DNA from: an uncultured Bacteroidales bacterium
GTDB taxonomy: Bacteria > Bacteroidota > Bacteroidia > Bacteroidales > VadinHA17
Direction of reading: 5' to 3'
Length of the DNA: 64,000 nucleotides
NCBI GenBank assembly: GCA_963732365.1
Contig: CAVSZC010000003.1
Span: 66,518 to 130,517 of the forward strand
The notes below the pieces were generated by a model, which saw nothing but the letters and a program-made list of their open reading frames with translations, made no database searches and was not told the DNA's origin. Below, in pieces: positions 26,585 through 36,688 of the stretch (position 1 is the stretch's first letter; each line of letters begins with the position of its first letter). A program made the translations under genes and the position numbers.

Positions 26585-28876
26585 ATGAAAAAGGCGCCTC
26601 CTGAATATTATTTTCCCAACACCGGTACGGCATTTTATACAGCATGTTTGCTGATGATGATATTTCTCCTTCCCTCCCCTGCTGAAGCACAGGAAGGGAC
26701 TGCCAGACCCGCTGTAGGCCTGGCACTCAGCGGAGGAGGCGCCCACGGGATAGCTCATATAGGCGTTCTGAAGGTGATGGAGGAAGCCGGGCTAAGACCT
26801 GACTATATCACAGGAGTCAGCATGGGAAGCATTGTCGGAGGCATGTATTCATTGGGATACTCAACCGACAGCATTATCAGTATTCTCCACAATCTGGACA
26901 TGAATCTCATCATGAATAACAGGATCCCCGAGAACAAGATAATCTTCGAGGAGAAGAAGCGTTTCTACAACAGTATCATGTCTCTCCCGATTAAATCAAC
27001 GAAAGTCATACTGCCATCAGGAATAATGAACGGACAGCAGATTGAGAACATGTTAAACTATTATGCTTGGCCTGCGGCTGACATAAACGATTTTTCCAAG
27101 CTCCCTATACCATTTTCATGTATGGCAGTGGATATTGTTACCGTAACAAAACGGGAGCTAAAGAGCGGATACCTTGCAGATGCCATGAGGGCAAGCATGG
27201 CTATTCCGACTGTCTTCACTCCGGTAGAGATTGACTCAGCCCTGCTGGTTGACGGCGGGCTTCTCAGGAATATCGCCGTAAGCGAGTTAAAAGAGATGGG
27301 CGCTGATATTATAATAGGATCATATACCGGCTTTCACCTCAAAAACCAGGAAGAGCTCCAGACAGCCACAGGCATTATAAAGCAGATAGGATTCATGCAT
27401 TCATACTGGGACTTCAACAATGAGAAAGAAAAGATTGACTTCCTGATTGAACCAGAGGTAAAGGATCTGCCGTCGATGGAGTTCAATAACCATGACACGA
27501 CAATACAGCGTGGCTACAAGGCTGCCCTGGTTTACAGGGATGAATTCAGAAGACTGGCTGACTCGCTGAACAGGATTGCACCGCAGAAGCCCATTGAGAA
27601 TATACTTGACAGGCAATACCATACTTTTGACAGGATTGAGGTTACAGGTAACAAGATCACTGATGCCGCCCAGATAACGGGTGTTCTGGATATTGAGCCG
27701 CGACAGAAGGTTGATCAGGAGCAGCTCAGGCAAGGGATCGAACTGCTCTACGGGAAAGCCTGGTTCGAAAAGATAAGATACCGTGTCGTTCCACGGAATG
27801 ACTCTCTTATTCTTGTGATAGACTGTGTTGAGAGACCCCAGACAATGCTTTACGGATCAGTACATTATGACAATGCACTTAAAGCCGGGCTCATTATAGG
27901 ATTCACATCAAGGAATCTCATTACCAGGAGATCGGTGATCAGTGCTGATGCATATATTGCAGAATACTTCCGGTATAACCTCAATGTCACACAGTTCGTT
28001 GGCAGGAACCAGAAGTTCGGATTGTCAGTCAATCTAACGGGAGACAATTCCCTGTACCCGTCACTCGAGATCAGAGGCTTAAGCGGAGCCGTGACCAGTA
28101 CCAACTTTTACAACATGCTCATTATTAATAAAAGGATCGGACTGAATAACATGATGAACATATCGGCTGGAATTGAAAACATGTATCTCGCACCCGAATT
28201 TCCGACTGCGTGCGGCATGACAAGACTGAGATACAATTATATATCAGAGTCATTCGATTACCAGGCGAATACCCTGAATACCAAGCACTTTCCTGACAAA
28301 GGTATCGTTTATCAGCTGGCGGCAGCAACATCAAAACTCTATTCAGGCTACATCAGCTCTGACAGCCTGAACGCAGAGTGCACCAGCGAGAATCCTCATG
28401 AGTTTTCATTTGACAGGTTTTACACATTAAGGGGATCTTTAAGTCACTACTTCTCCCCTCACAGAAAGGTATCCTTCAATTTAAGGGGAGACGCCCTGTT
28501 CATCACCGGGACCGATTCTGTCACTGCAAACAATAACTTCTTTCTTCTGGGGGGGATACAGTCATCAGGAAGAAGATCAATTCCGGCTGCAGGGTTTCAT
28601 CCCTACCAGATAGCTGTCAGGGAGCTGGCAGGAATCGGTTTTGAAACAGATATCGAAATCTTCAGGGATGTCCATCTGACTTTTTCTGCAAACGCGTTCG
28701 CCATCCGTGAAGCTGGCAGGACTTCAGGATACTCTCTTCTGGCAGGCTACTCGGCAGGCGCCGGATACATGTCAATCATCGGCCCGATAAAAGCAGGCAT
28801 CATGCAGGGATTCTACGGCGAAGAGTCAGGCTTCAACCATTTCAAGGGTTATATCAGTATAGGCTACAATTTCTGA
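26585..28876 (+). CDS. patatin-like phospholipase fused to POTRA/Omp85 beta-barrel (PlpD-like, type Vd architecture)
   Basis: It has a signal peptide, an oxyanion motif (GGGAHG), a GxSxG motif (GVSMGS) and the dyad Asp (VDGGL). The C-terminal ~400 aa are beta-strand-rich and end in an aromatic residue (IGYNF). Confidence 0.75.
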   Translation: MKKAPPEYYFPNTGTAFYTACLLMMIFLLPSPAEAQEGTARPAVGLALSGGGAHGIAHIGVLKVMEEAGLRPDYITGVSMGSIVGGMYSLGYSTDSIISILHNLDMNLIMNNRIPENKIIFEEKKRFYNSIMSLPIKSTKVILPSGIMNGQQIENMLNYYAWPAADINDFSKLPIPFSCMAVDIVTVTKRELKSGYLADAMRASMAIPTVFTPVEIDSALLVDGGLLRNIAVSELKEMGADIIIGSYTGFHLKNQEELQTATGIIKQIGFMHSYWDFNNEKEKIDFLIEPEVKDLPSMEFNNHDTTIQRGYKAALVYRDEFRRLADSLNRIAPQKPIENILDRQYHTFDRIEVTGNKITDAAQITGVLDIEPRQKVDQEQLRQGIELLYGKAWFEKIRYRVVPRNDSLILVIDCVERPQTMLYGSVHYDNALKAGLIIGFTSRNLITRRSVISADAYIAEYFRYNLNVTQFVGRNQKFGLSVNLTGDNSLYPSLEIRGLSGAVTSTNFYNMLIINKRIGLNNMMNISAGIENMYLAPEFPTACGMTRLRYNYISESFDYQANTLNTKHFPDKGIVYQLAAATSKLYSGYISSDSLNAECTSENPHEFSFDRFYTLRGSLSHYFSPHRKVSFNLRGDALFITGTDSVTANNNFFLLGGIQSSGRRSIPAAGFHPYQIAVRELAGIGFETDIEIFRDVHLTFSANAFAIREAGRTSGYSLLAGYSAGAGYMSIIGPIKAGIMQGFYGEESGFNHFKGYISIGYNF

Positions 28877-28937
28877 TAACCGAAACCGGTGGCCTGATTG
28901 TTGACATACATTACATGTTAGTAGTGATTTAACTGAA

Positions 28938-31187
28938 ATGAATATACCGACAGTCATACTTCAGCATAAGCAGGTTTGTAATCTTGTTGTCAGGAGAAAG
29001 GTGAAGCAAAGCTTTGACATCCTTGCTGATATGCTTGAAAATGTATCATTTGGCGGCTTCAGGGATGAGTTCTCTGAGCTGCAGATGACATATAAGAATA
29101 TCCTTAAATATACTGTTGAAGGGATCGATGACCCGGGGCGGCAGAAGGTTTACCTGAAACTGCTTCAAAGAATCCTGCGACTGGCTGACAGGGTTAAACA
29201 GGACATTTTGACACATCATTCCGGGTGGTATACTTATTCTGTCAGAGCTGTGGAGGAGAGGGAGGAGAGGCTGAGAGGAGGCAATATTGTTCAGAGTGTT
29301 GACGACCTTTTCTTCAAGGCCCGTCTTGATGACCTTCTCTCTTCGGCTGAGATACGCAAGCAGGAAACGACCAGGGAACAGAGTGAAGAACTGGAGAAAC
29401 TTTCAGGTATCATTTTCAAACACCTGTGGCTGTCAGACTTCTATGGTGAGGCTGAAGAGAGCCTCATTGACATCCTGCTCCGGTCAGGTCGCATCGAATG
29501 GCATGAGATGGCAACATTCGTGAGTGCAATTACCCTCAGCTGCCTGAGGATATGGGATCCGGCCAAGCTGAGACTTCTGGCAAAACTGTACAGGAACAAG
29601 ACCCCGCATGTCTCGGAAAGAGCGATTACTGGCATTGTACTCATATTGTATTATTATGATGACAGGCTCAGCCTCTACCCCGAAGTGATGCAGGTGATGA
29701 AAGAGCTTTCCTCCTCCAGAGCCGGTTTCAGGGAGCAGGTACGCACCGTGGTGCTGCAAACGATAAAATCGCGCGACACTGAGAAGCTGACCAGGAGGAT
29801 GCATGATGAGATATTGCCCAAGGTGGTGAAGCTCAGACCACGCATTGAGGAGAAACTTGATCTTGACGCCATCCTGGGCGAGAGCACCGAAGAGGGAAGA
29901 AACCCGGACTGGTCAGATATGTTCAGGGATTCGGAAGAGATGTTCAAGACCATGGAGGAGCTTACCAACCTTCAGATGGAGGGTTCTGACGTATATATGT
30001 CAGCTTTCTCAGGACTTAAGAAATTCGACTTCTTCAGGGAACTGCGCAACTGGTTCATCCCTTTTTATCCTGACCATGTGACCGTTGACGAGATATTCCA
30101 TGATGAGATCCTTGGCCCTGGTATCAACGAGCTTGCAGAGGCACTGTTCAAGACCCCCTTCATCTGCAACTCCGACAAGTATTCTCTTATACTTAACATG
30201 AAGCACCTCCCTGCAGAACAGAAAAGCATGATGCTTAAGGTATTCAGGATGGAGCTTGAGGGGCTCGAACAGATGAAATATGACAGTGAACTCACCGACC
30301 CGGCAGCACTGTTCAGGACCACAGTCACACAGTATATCCATGATCTTTACAGGTTCTACAAGCTATCTGACTTCAAAAATGAGTTCGACGACCTCTTCAT
30401 GAGCAGGCTTGATATATATAACTCTCTTTTCTACAGGGAGATATGCGGGTCTGAGGCAGACAGCAGGTCTCTTGCCGATTATTTCTTCAGCAAGGAATAT
30501 TACGGCGATGCCCTTTCGATCTATCTGACGGTGCTTACATCAGTGACAGATGACGCAGAACTCTACGAAAAGTCAGGATACTGCTACCAGATGGCCGGGG
30601 AATATGAGAAGGCGCTGGAGAAATATTCAATGGCCTCCATCATCGATCCGAAGCCGTGGACCCTGAAGAAGATGGGATTGTGCCTCAGGAAGCTGGGCAG
30701 AGAGCAGGAAGCATTGAAATTATACCTGAGGATTCTCAAGAGTGACCCTGATGATCTTAACACTGTCCTCGTTACTGCCCACTGTTATCTTGACACTGGC
30801 AACTATGACAAAGCCCTGAAGCATTATTTCCGTATCGAGTATGAGAACCCCGGTAATGTCAAGGTGCTGAGGCCTATAGCCTGGTGTTTCCTTGTCACCG
30901 GCCGGTTCGCTGAGGCAGCGAGCTATTTTGAACGGATCACAGAGAGCTCTCTGACCCCGCATGACAGGATCAACATAGGCCATCTGGCCCTCTGCCAGGG
31001 TAACCCGCAAAAGGCCATTGAGCTTTATCTCAGTGCTGTTACTGTAGGAGGAATTACGGCTGAGGCTTTCGTATCAGTCTTTTCAGAAGACTCTGCGGTA
31101 CTGATAAAAAACGGGGTTTCTCCTGATGATCTGCCGATAGTGCTTGACTATGTCCTGATGAGCCTTGAAGACAGGGGTCAGGGATGA
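28938..31187 (+). CDS. hypothetical 749-aa protein, C-terminal TPR repeats, N-terminal ~500 aa unassigned
   Basis: This is a long, clean ORF. At least 5 TPR-like units occupy residues ~520-720 (for example AELYEKSGYCYQMAGEYEKALEKYSMASIIDP). It has no signal peptide, no TM segment and no nucleotide-binding motif. Confidence 0.6.
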   Translation: MNIPTVILQHKQVCNLVVRRKVKQSFDILADMLENVSFGGFRDEFSELQMTYKNILKYTVEGIDDPGRQKVYLKLLQRILRLADRVKQDILTHHSGWYTYSVRAVEEREERLRGGNIVQSVDDLFFKARLDDLLSSAEIRKQETTREQSEELEKLSGIIFKHLWLSDFYGEAEESLIDILLRSGRIEWHEMATFVSAITLSCLRIWDPAKLRLLAKLYRNKTPHVSERAITGIVLILYYYDDRLSLYPEVMQVMKELSSSRAGFREQVRTVVLQTIKSRDTEKLTRRMHDEILPKVVKLRPRIEEKLDLDAILGESTEEGRNPDWSDMFRDSEEMFKTMEELTNLQMEGSDVYMSAFSGLKKFDFFRELRNWFIPFYPDHVTVDEIFHDEILGPGINELAEALFKTPFICNSDKYSLILNMKHLPAEQKSMMLKVFRMELEGLEQMKYDSELTDPAALFRTTVTQYIHDLYRFYKLSDFKNEFDDLFMSRLDIYNSLFYREICGSEADSRSLADYFFSKEYYGDALSIYLTVLTSVTDDAELYEKSGYCYQMAGEYEKALEKYSMASIIDPKPWTLKKMGLCLRKLGREQEALKLYLRILKSDPDDLNTVLVTAHCYLDTGNYDKALKHYFRIEYENPGNVKVLRPIAWCFLVTGRFAEAASYFERITESSLTPHDRINIGHLALCQGNPQKAIELYLSAVTVGGITAEAFVSVFSEDSAVLIKNGVSPDDLPIVLDYVLMSLEDRGQG

Positions 31188-31642
31188 CGATCACCCGGTG
31201 GCGGATCCTTTTTGCCATATGGTTTGCCTCTGTCACCCTTGTAAGGGTGCCAATCGTGCCTGTTCCGGTTCATCTTCTCCATCATCTCACGGTTTCTTGC
31301 CTCCATCTCACGCACTCTGGCAAGCTGATCAGGTGTAAGAAGGGTATCGATATCCCTCTTGAAGGCCGTTGAAACCGAGTCGAAATCCCTTCTGAACTCT
31401 GACTGCATCTCGCGCGTCCTATTTTCATAGCTCTTCATAACTTTCTCAAGCTCAATACGCTGCTGATCATCAGGATTGATCACCTCCATCATCATCTCTG
31501 CAAAGTCCCTGCCGCTGACTGACATACGCATCTTCCTGAGCTTTGAATGCCTTATCTGCGCAGAGGTGAGCATCCCCAGCAGAAACCCTATCAGAAGTGT
31601 GGCGATTACTATTATTATTGCTTTTGTTTTCATGGTTTTCAA
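31178..31642 (-). CDS. membrane-anchored LTXXQ-motif (Spy/CpxP-like) periplasmic protein
   Basis: It has an N-terminal anchor and a helical body with an LTPDQ (LTXXQ) motif. An ATGA overlap links it to the upstream gene. It is the third gene of the ECF sigma operon. Confidence 0.6.
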   Translation of the reverse strand: MKTMKTKAIIIVIATLLIGFLLGMLTSAQIRHSKLRKMRMSVSGRDFAEMMMEVINPDDQQRIELEKVMKSYENRTREMQSEFRRDFDSVSTAFKRDIDTLLTPDQLARVREMEARNREMMEKMNRNRHDWHPYKGDRGKPYGKKDPPPGDRHP

Positions 31643-31992
31643 TAATTACCGGTAAGAAGTGATATCATGCCTTCCTCTGTTGTGTCACCCAGGCCCAGCA
31701 GGGTCTCGAATGAAAAGTTGCCTCCGGAAAGAAAGACTGAGACGGCAAGCAGAACAATTGCGGCGGCGCCGGTAACGGCAATCCGCAGAAAGAGTGAATT
31801 CATGGAGAGTATTACTCCCTCATACAGTCTCCCGGGCTGCATACCTTCGAGCCTCTGCATCACCCTTCCGGTGAAGCCGGCCTCGAAATCATAAGAGCCC
31901 CGGATCTCTTCCATAAGAGTTTTGTCTTCCGCACCCGGCACGGAATCATCGCCGAGCAATTCTACCAGCCGCATTACCTGTTCCTTATTCAT
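31639..31992 (-). CDS. single-pass membrane protein, candidate anti-sigma factor
   Basis: It is 117 aa with one TM segment (AVTGAAAIVLLAVSVFL). It is coupled by ATGA overlaps to the sigma gene upstream and the LTXXQ gene downstream. It has no zinc anti-sigma motif. Confidence 0.45.
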   Translation of the reverse strand: MNKEQVMRLVELLGDDSVPGAEDKTLMEEIRGSYDFEAGFTGRVMQRLEGMQPGRLYEGVILSMNSLFLRIAVTGAAAIVLLAVSVFLSGGNFSFETLLGLGDTTEEGMISLLTGNY

Positions 31993-32543
31993 CTGTACTC
32001 TTTTATAATAGTCCTCAACTGCTCCTGTGCCCTTGACAGCCTTGAAAGCACCGTACCAACCGGTATTCCAAGCACCTCAGCTGTCTCCTTCGTGGAATAA
32101 CCTTCAAGCATTCTCATCACTACCACCGCCCTGAATCCCGGTTCCAGCATTGCCAGTGCCCTCCCGATAATCTCCTTGGTGTCTCGCCTGTCATGATCGT
32201 TTTCATCGGTCATGTCATAAAGTGTTTCCCTCCCCTGATCTTCATTTACAAATACTCCAGATGACCTTTTTCTTCTTTTTATCTCATTGAGCGTCAGGTT
32301 GACAGCAATCCTGTTTATATAAGTAGGAAGCTTCGCTTCGCCCCTGAACTCAGAGAGAGAGTGATAGAGCCTGACAAAAACATCCTGTCCGATGTCTTCC
32401 GCATAAACATTATCGCCGAGCATCCCCTTCACAGTTCTGGCCACCATCTTCCTATATCTCTCAACGATCTCACTGAACGACTGCCTGTCTCCGTTTAGTG
32501 CAAGGCTGACAAGCTGCTCATCTGTAAGACCATTGTAAGTCAT
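31989..32543 (-). CDS. ECF-type RNA polymerase sigma-70 factor
   Basis: It is 184 aa. Region 2 (DIGQDVFVRLY) and the region 4 HTH (YSTKETAEVLGIPVGTVLSRLSRA) are present. Confidence 0.85.
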   Translation of the reverse strand: MTYNGLTDEQLVSLALNGDRQSFSEIVERYRKMVARTVKGMLGDNVYAEDIGQDVFVRLYHSLSEFRGEAKLPTYINRIAVNLTLNEIKRRKRSSGVFVNEDQGRETLYDMTDENDHDRRDTKEIIGRALAMLEPGFRAVVVMRMLEGYSTKETAEVLGIPVGTVLSRLSRAQEQLRTIIKEYR

Positions 32544-32619
32544 ATCCGAAGTTCAGGTAATAGACAACTTTGCAGGTTGAAATATTCCGCAGGAATCTTT
32601 TATTTGTTCTTCCGCAATG

Positions 32620-34554
32620 TCAGTATGCCGGGTGTGCCGGTTTCAGGACCTCGATGGTCATGTCTTTCCTGTAATGCATGATGAACATACCTTTGTTCTC
32701 ATACCCGTCACTGAGGCTACTCCTTCTGAAGTCGGGGTCAAGACACACGAGTTCAGGATTGAAGATGCCGGGGTCATTGATAAAGGCATTGCCGTGGCTC
32801 GCAATACCGCCGATAAAATAAAATGCTATGTCAAAGCCTCTCCAGGCGAAGCTCTCTGCCATCGGCTCGGTACCAAAATTCTTCCTGAATGATCTCATGA
32901 ACCATGATGCCGTGCTGCTGTTGAAATCAATATAGCTCTCTGCCGGGATAAAGAGTTCAAGGTCATAATAATACCTGAGGTCAATCGTCTCAAGCGAGAT
33001 GATCTCAGGGTAGCCCATTACTTTGATGCTGTATTTACGTGAAAGGGTATGCAGGGTGGAGAATGCAGAGCTAACCTTTGGCGTCTCGGTGAAGGCCAGT
33101 ATAATAATATTCTCCCTGTCAGGCCTGATGAGGCTCTCAAGTGAACTTACTCCCCTGTATGTATCATTCCTGGGTATCAGTCCGGTAAAATACTGCGCGG
33201 TGACAATGGTGCTGTCATCAGGTCCGGCAGGCTGCATGGCCGACGATATCTTATTCCAGTATTCAGATGTAAGCGGATCACTCATCAGAGTGTCTGAATA
33301 GAGAAAAAGTATGTTGCTGCCCCTGTGTGATCTGAGCTCAGTCACAGAGATATCCTGTGCCACGCTCACCGACGGGTGCACCCTGAATAGTGTCGGTCTG
33401 TTGCTGAGTATGTTCTGGTCGCGCAGCGGCACCGGCGAGACGACAGGGATGGAGTGCCCGGCAGCCCACTGTGACAGGATACTCAGATTACTTGAATATA
33501 CCGGCCCTATGATCAGGTCAGCATCATTGAGCCGCCCTGAAGAGATAAGGCTGTTTATCTGTTCCGTGTCTCCACCCGTATCATAGACATCAAGTTCAAC
33601 CGTGAGGCCCAGCGAACGCAGGCTGTCAACAGCTATGAGTATCCCCTCATACAATTCCAGAAAGGGGACGCTTCCTTCATATATCCACTCACCGGGCATA
33701 ACAACTTCTTTATAAATCTTTTTGCCTTTTGAGTCCTTTTTCGTTGAATCAATATATGATCTGACACTGTTTTCATTAATGAAGAACGGCAGCATAACCG
33801 CGACCTTCACTGAGCCGCTCAATTCTGTTATCAGTGTCTTTTCAGACGGAACTGTAAATACAAGCGAGGTGTCAGATATATTTTTGGCGTCAGGAACATC
33901 CCCGGCTATAATAACCTTCTCAGTAACCTGTGTCTGTTGTTTTCCCGCTCTACCGGAAGAGACTTTGTCGCGCGGTATCAGCAGGTAGTCTCCCTCGCGG
34001 GGGAAGAGCAAACCCTTGTTCGCTTTCTTAAGCTCCCTGACAGAGATGCCGTACTCGCGTGAAACTGATGAGAGTGTCTCTCCTCTTGCCACCCTGTGGT
34101 ATATGAACCTCGGATCCTGATTCGCAGGGCCTTTTGAGGCAGAGGTTGAGGTTGAGGTTGCATTTGCTGCACTGGAAGCTGCAGTTACGGATGCGGTAGT
34201 CTTCGCAGGAGTCTGCACGGTAGTCTGAGGCTTCGGCTCCTGCCCCGTGGTTACGGCTGCCCTTTGGTCTGCTGCAGGAGGTATTGATGATACAGGTATC
34301 TTGAGAATCTGACCATCTTTTATACCGGTATCAGGTATCACATTCTCGCGTGTGAGATCATCAACCTTCACATTGTATGCCTTTGAAATTGAGTAGAGAG
34401 TCTGCCCCTTCTGCACTGCATGCATATAGTATATCTTGCCCTCTGCGACGATCTTCTGTTTTGATACCTCAACAGGCACCTGGGCAGTCATTGATGAAGA
34501 CACCATCAGTGCCGCTATAATCAGCAGGGTTTTCAGAGCATGTTTTGGAGACAT
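32620..34554 (-). CDS. LysM-domain protein fused to a type-1 periplasmic-binding-protein-like domain
   Basis: The start is set at the ATG at 34554, which gives the signal peptide MSPKHALKTLLIIAALMVSSSMTAQ. It has two LysM units (HAVQKGQTLYSISKAY.., HRVARGETLSSVSREY..), a T/S/A/P-rich linker and a PBP1-like C-domain. Confidence 0.7.
   Translation of the reverse strand: MSPKHALKTLLIIAALMVSSSMTAQVPVEVSKQKIVAEGKIYYMHAVQKGQTLYSISKAYNVKVDDLTRENVIPDTGIKDGQILKIPVSSIPPAADQRAAVTTGQEPKPQTTVQTPAKTTASVTAASSAANATSTSTSASKGPANQDPRFIYHRVARGETLSSVSREYGISVRELKKANKGLLFPREGDYLLIPRDKVSSGRAGKQQTQVTEKVIIAGDVPDAKNISDTSLVFTVPSEKTLITELSGSVKVAVMLPFFINENSVRSYIDSTKKDSKGKKIYKEVVMPGEWIYEGSVPFLELYEGILIAVDSLRSLGLTVELDVYDTGGDTEQINSLISSGRLNDADLIIGPVYSSNLSILSQWAAGHSIPVVSPVPLRDQNILSNRPTLFRVHPSVSVAQDISVTELRSHRGSNILFLYSDTLMSDPLTSEYWNKISSAMQPAGPDDSTIVTAQYFTGLIPRNDTYRGVSSLESLIRPDRENIIILAFTETPKVSSAFSTLHTLSRKYSIKVMGYPEIISLETIDLRYYYDLELFIPAESYIDFNSSTASWFMRSFRKNFGTEPMAESFAWRGFDIAFYFIGGIASHGNAFINDPGIFNPELVCLDPDFRRSSLSDGYENKGMFIMHYRKDMTIEVLKPAHPAY
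34135..34160. repeat. CCTCWR hexamer array inside the LysM gene linker
   Basis: The minus strand reads CA-ACCTCA-ACCTCA-ACCTCT-GCCTCA and is read as (A)TSTSTSAS. Confidence 0.8.
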
Positions 34555-34616
34555 GGCAGTTCCGTTGTTCATTGCAAGGTAAATTTTCATACTCAAAAAA
34601 CAGCTTTTCAATGCCT

Positions 34617-35570
34617 TTATTTCAGATCGGCAAGAAATGCTGCAACATTTTTTTCAATTCTTCTGATCGGGTCTTCACCCTCTGCCTTCAGAAACATTTG
34701 TCCGGTGATCTTCTCATATAGCTCAATATACCGTTCAGATATCTCTGTGACAAATCCGGGGGTCATTTCAGGGACCTTTTCACCGCTCCTCCCCTGGAAG
34801 CCGTTGGCCATAAGCCACTCACGCACAAATTCCTTCGACAGCTGCTTCTGCTGCTCACCCCTGGCAAAACGTTCTTCATATCCGTCGGCATAGAAGTAAC
34901 GTGAACTGTCAGGCGTGTGTATCTCGTCAATAAGATAAATCTTTCCGTCACGTTTCCCGAACTCATATTTTGTATCAACAAGTATCAGGCCATGTTCTGC
35001 GGCTATTTCTGAACCCTTAATGAAGAGCTTCATAGAATAGTCCTCGAGCATGCGGTACTCATCCTCCGGGACCAGTCCTGACCTTATTATCTCTTCGACT
35101 GAAATATCCTGGTCATGCATACCGTGTTCGGCCTTGGTTGTAGGAGTTATTAGCGGCTTTTCAAATCGCTGATGCTCTCTCATTCCTTCAGGGAGGGGTA
35201 TTCCGCACAGCTCACGTGCCCCTGACTTGTATGTTCTCCATGAACTTCCGGTAAGATAACCTCTTACAATCATTTCAACAGGGTAAGTTTTGCACCAGTG
35301 CCCCACCGTCACATTGGGATCGGGAGTGGCGATATTCCAGGTCGGGACAATATCTTTCACCCTCTCGAGGAACATGGCAGCTATCTGGTTAAGCACCTGG
35401 CCCTTGTAAGGTATCCCCTCAGGCAGCACAACATCGAATGCTGAGATACGGTCAGTGACCACCATCAGAAGATATTTGTCATCAATATTATATACATCTC
35501 TTACCTTCCCTTTATAAATGCTCTTCTGCCCCGGAAAACTGAAGCTAGTTGCTGTGATTGCTTTTGCCAT
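34617..35570 (-). CDS. purC: phosphoribosylaminoimidazole-succinocarboxamide synthase (long form)
   Basis: SAICAR synthetase blocks are present ([26 protein letters not shown]). Length is 317 aa. Confidence 0.85.
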   Translation of the reverse strand: MAKAITATSFSFPGQKSIYKGKVRDVYNIDDKYLLMVVTDRISAFDVVLPEGIPYKGQVLNQIAAMFLERVKDIVPTWNIATPDPNVTVGHWCKTYPVEMIVRGYLTGSSWRTYKSGARELCGIPLPEGMREHQRFEKPLITPTTKAEHGMHDQDISVEEIIRSGLVPEDEYRMLEDYSMKLFIKGSEIAAEHGLILVDTKYEFGKRDGKIYLIDEIHTPDSSRYFYADGYEERFARGEQQKQLSKEFVREWLMANGFQGRSGEKVPEMTPGFVTEISERYIELYEKITGQMFLKAEGEDPIRRIEKNVAAFLADLK

Positions 35571-35582
35571 GATATTATCGAA

Positions 35583-36554
35583 TTAGTTGTTCTTATCCTC
35601 TTTCTGGTTTTTCTCTTCCGTGTCATAGGCCCTCACGATATGTTTCACGAGCCGGTGCCTGACTATATCTCTTTCATCGAAGCGGATGACAGAAATTCCT
35701 TCTATGCCCGTAAGAAGGCGTATTGCCTGCAGCAGTCCTGAATCACTTCTCCTGGGCAGGTCAATCTGTGTTGTGTCGCCTGTAAGGATGAACTTTGAGT
35801 TCATCCCCATGCGGGTAAGGAACATTTTAAGCTGGTTAATCGTTGCATTCTGTGCCTCATCGAGTATGACGAAGCTGTTCTCAAGAGTCCTCCCGCGCAT
35901 GAATGCCAGCGGGGCTATCTGTACCGTTCCGTCTTCAATCCACTGTTCGAGCTTGCGTCCCGGAATCATATCATGAAGTGCGTCATACAGAGGCTGCAGA
36001 TATGGATCCAGCTTATCCTTCATGTCACCGGGCAGAAAACCAAGCCTCTCACCAGCCTCCACAGCAGGGCGTGTAAGAACGATCTTCTTCACCTCGTGGT
36101 TCTTCAGAGCCCTCACTGCCAGGGCAATGGCCGTGTAGGTCTTACCCGTTCCTGCCGGTCCTTCAGCAATGATAAGGTCATTGGCGCTGTAATCCTTTAC
36201 CAGAAGCAACTGGTTTACTGTACGGGCCCTGACAGGTCTTCCATTCGTTCCAAAGACGAGAGCATCCTCAAAGTCTCCGCTTGAAGCAGTGCGCATGTGA
36301 TCCTCATCCAGAAGCAGACGCTCAAGGTCATTCTCATCGATCCTGTTGAAATGCCGGTAATAATCAAGCAACTCCCCCATCTTTCCGGCAAAGAGTGAGA
36401 CCTCCTCCGCCTCACCAACACATTTCAACTCATTTCCCCTTGCAATGATCTTTATCTTCGGAAAATATCCCTGTATCTGGTCGAGCAGCCTGTTACCAGG
36501 GCCAAATAGTGAAACAGGGTCTATCCCTTCAAGCAAAATCACTCTCTCTGTCAT
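35583..36554 (-). CDS. phoH: PhoH-family ATPase
   Basis: It has Walker A (GPAGTGKTY), Walker B (ILDEAQN) and PhoH blocks (LTRPAVEAGE, GDxTQIDLP). Confidence 0.85.
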   Translation of the reverse strand: MTERVILLEGIDPVSLFGPGNRLLDQIQGYFPKIKIIARGNELKCVGEAEEVSLFAGKMGELLDYYRHFNRIDENDLERLLLDEDHMRTASSGDFEDALVFGTNGRPVRARTVNQLLLVKDYSANDLIIAEGPAGTGKTYTAIALAVRALKNHEVKKIVLTRPAVEAGERLGFLPGDMKDKLDPYLQPLYDALHDMIPGRKLEQWIEDGTVQIAPLAFMRGRTLENSFVILDEAQNATINQLKMFLTRMGMNSKFILTGDTTQIDLPRRSDSGLLQAIRLLTGIEGISVIRFDERDIVRHRLVKHIVRAYDTEEKNQKEDKNN

Positions 36555-36688
36555 CCTCTCATTAACTCCTTTTCTCTCTTTACTCTGTTTTTCAAATACT
36601 TACAGTCTGTCTAAAATTTTATTTCAGGCTTCTCACAAAGTAAGTTTATTTTTTTCAGAAGATTATCTTTGCTGTAACTATTTTGAGG

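Noticed and set aside
26585-28876. The patatin-like phospholipase as a CBASS-type or other anti-phage effector.
   Set aside because: It has a signal peptide and a C-terminal Omp85/POTRA-type barrel (PlpD-like secreted lipase architecture). No cyclase, sensor or other defence genes are adjacent.
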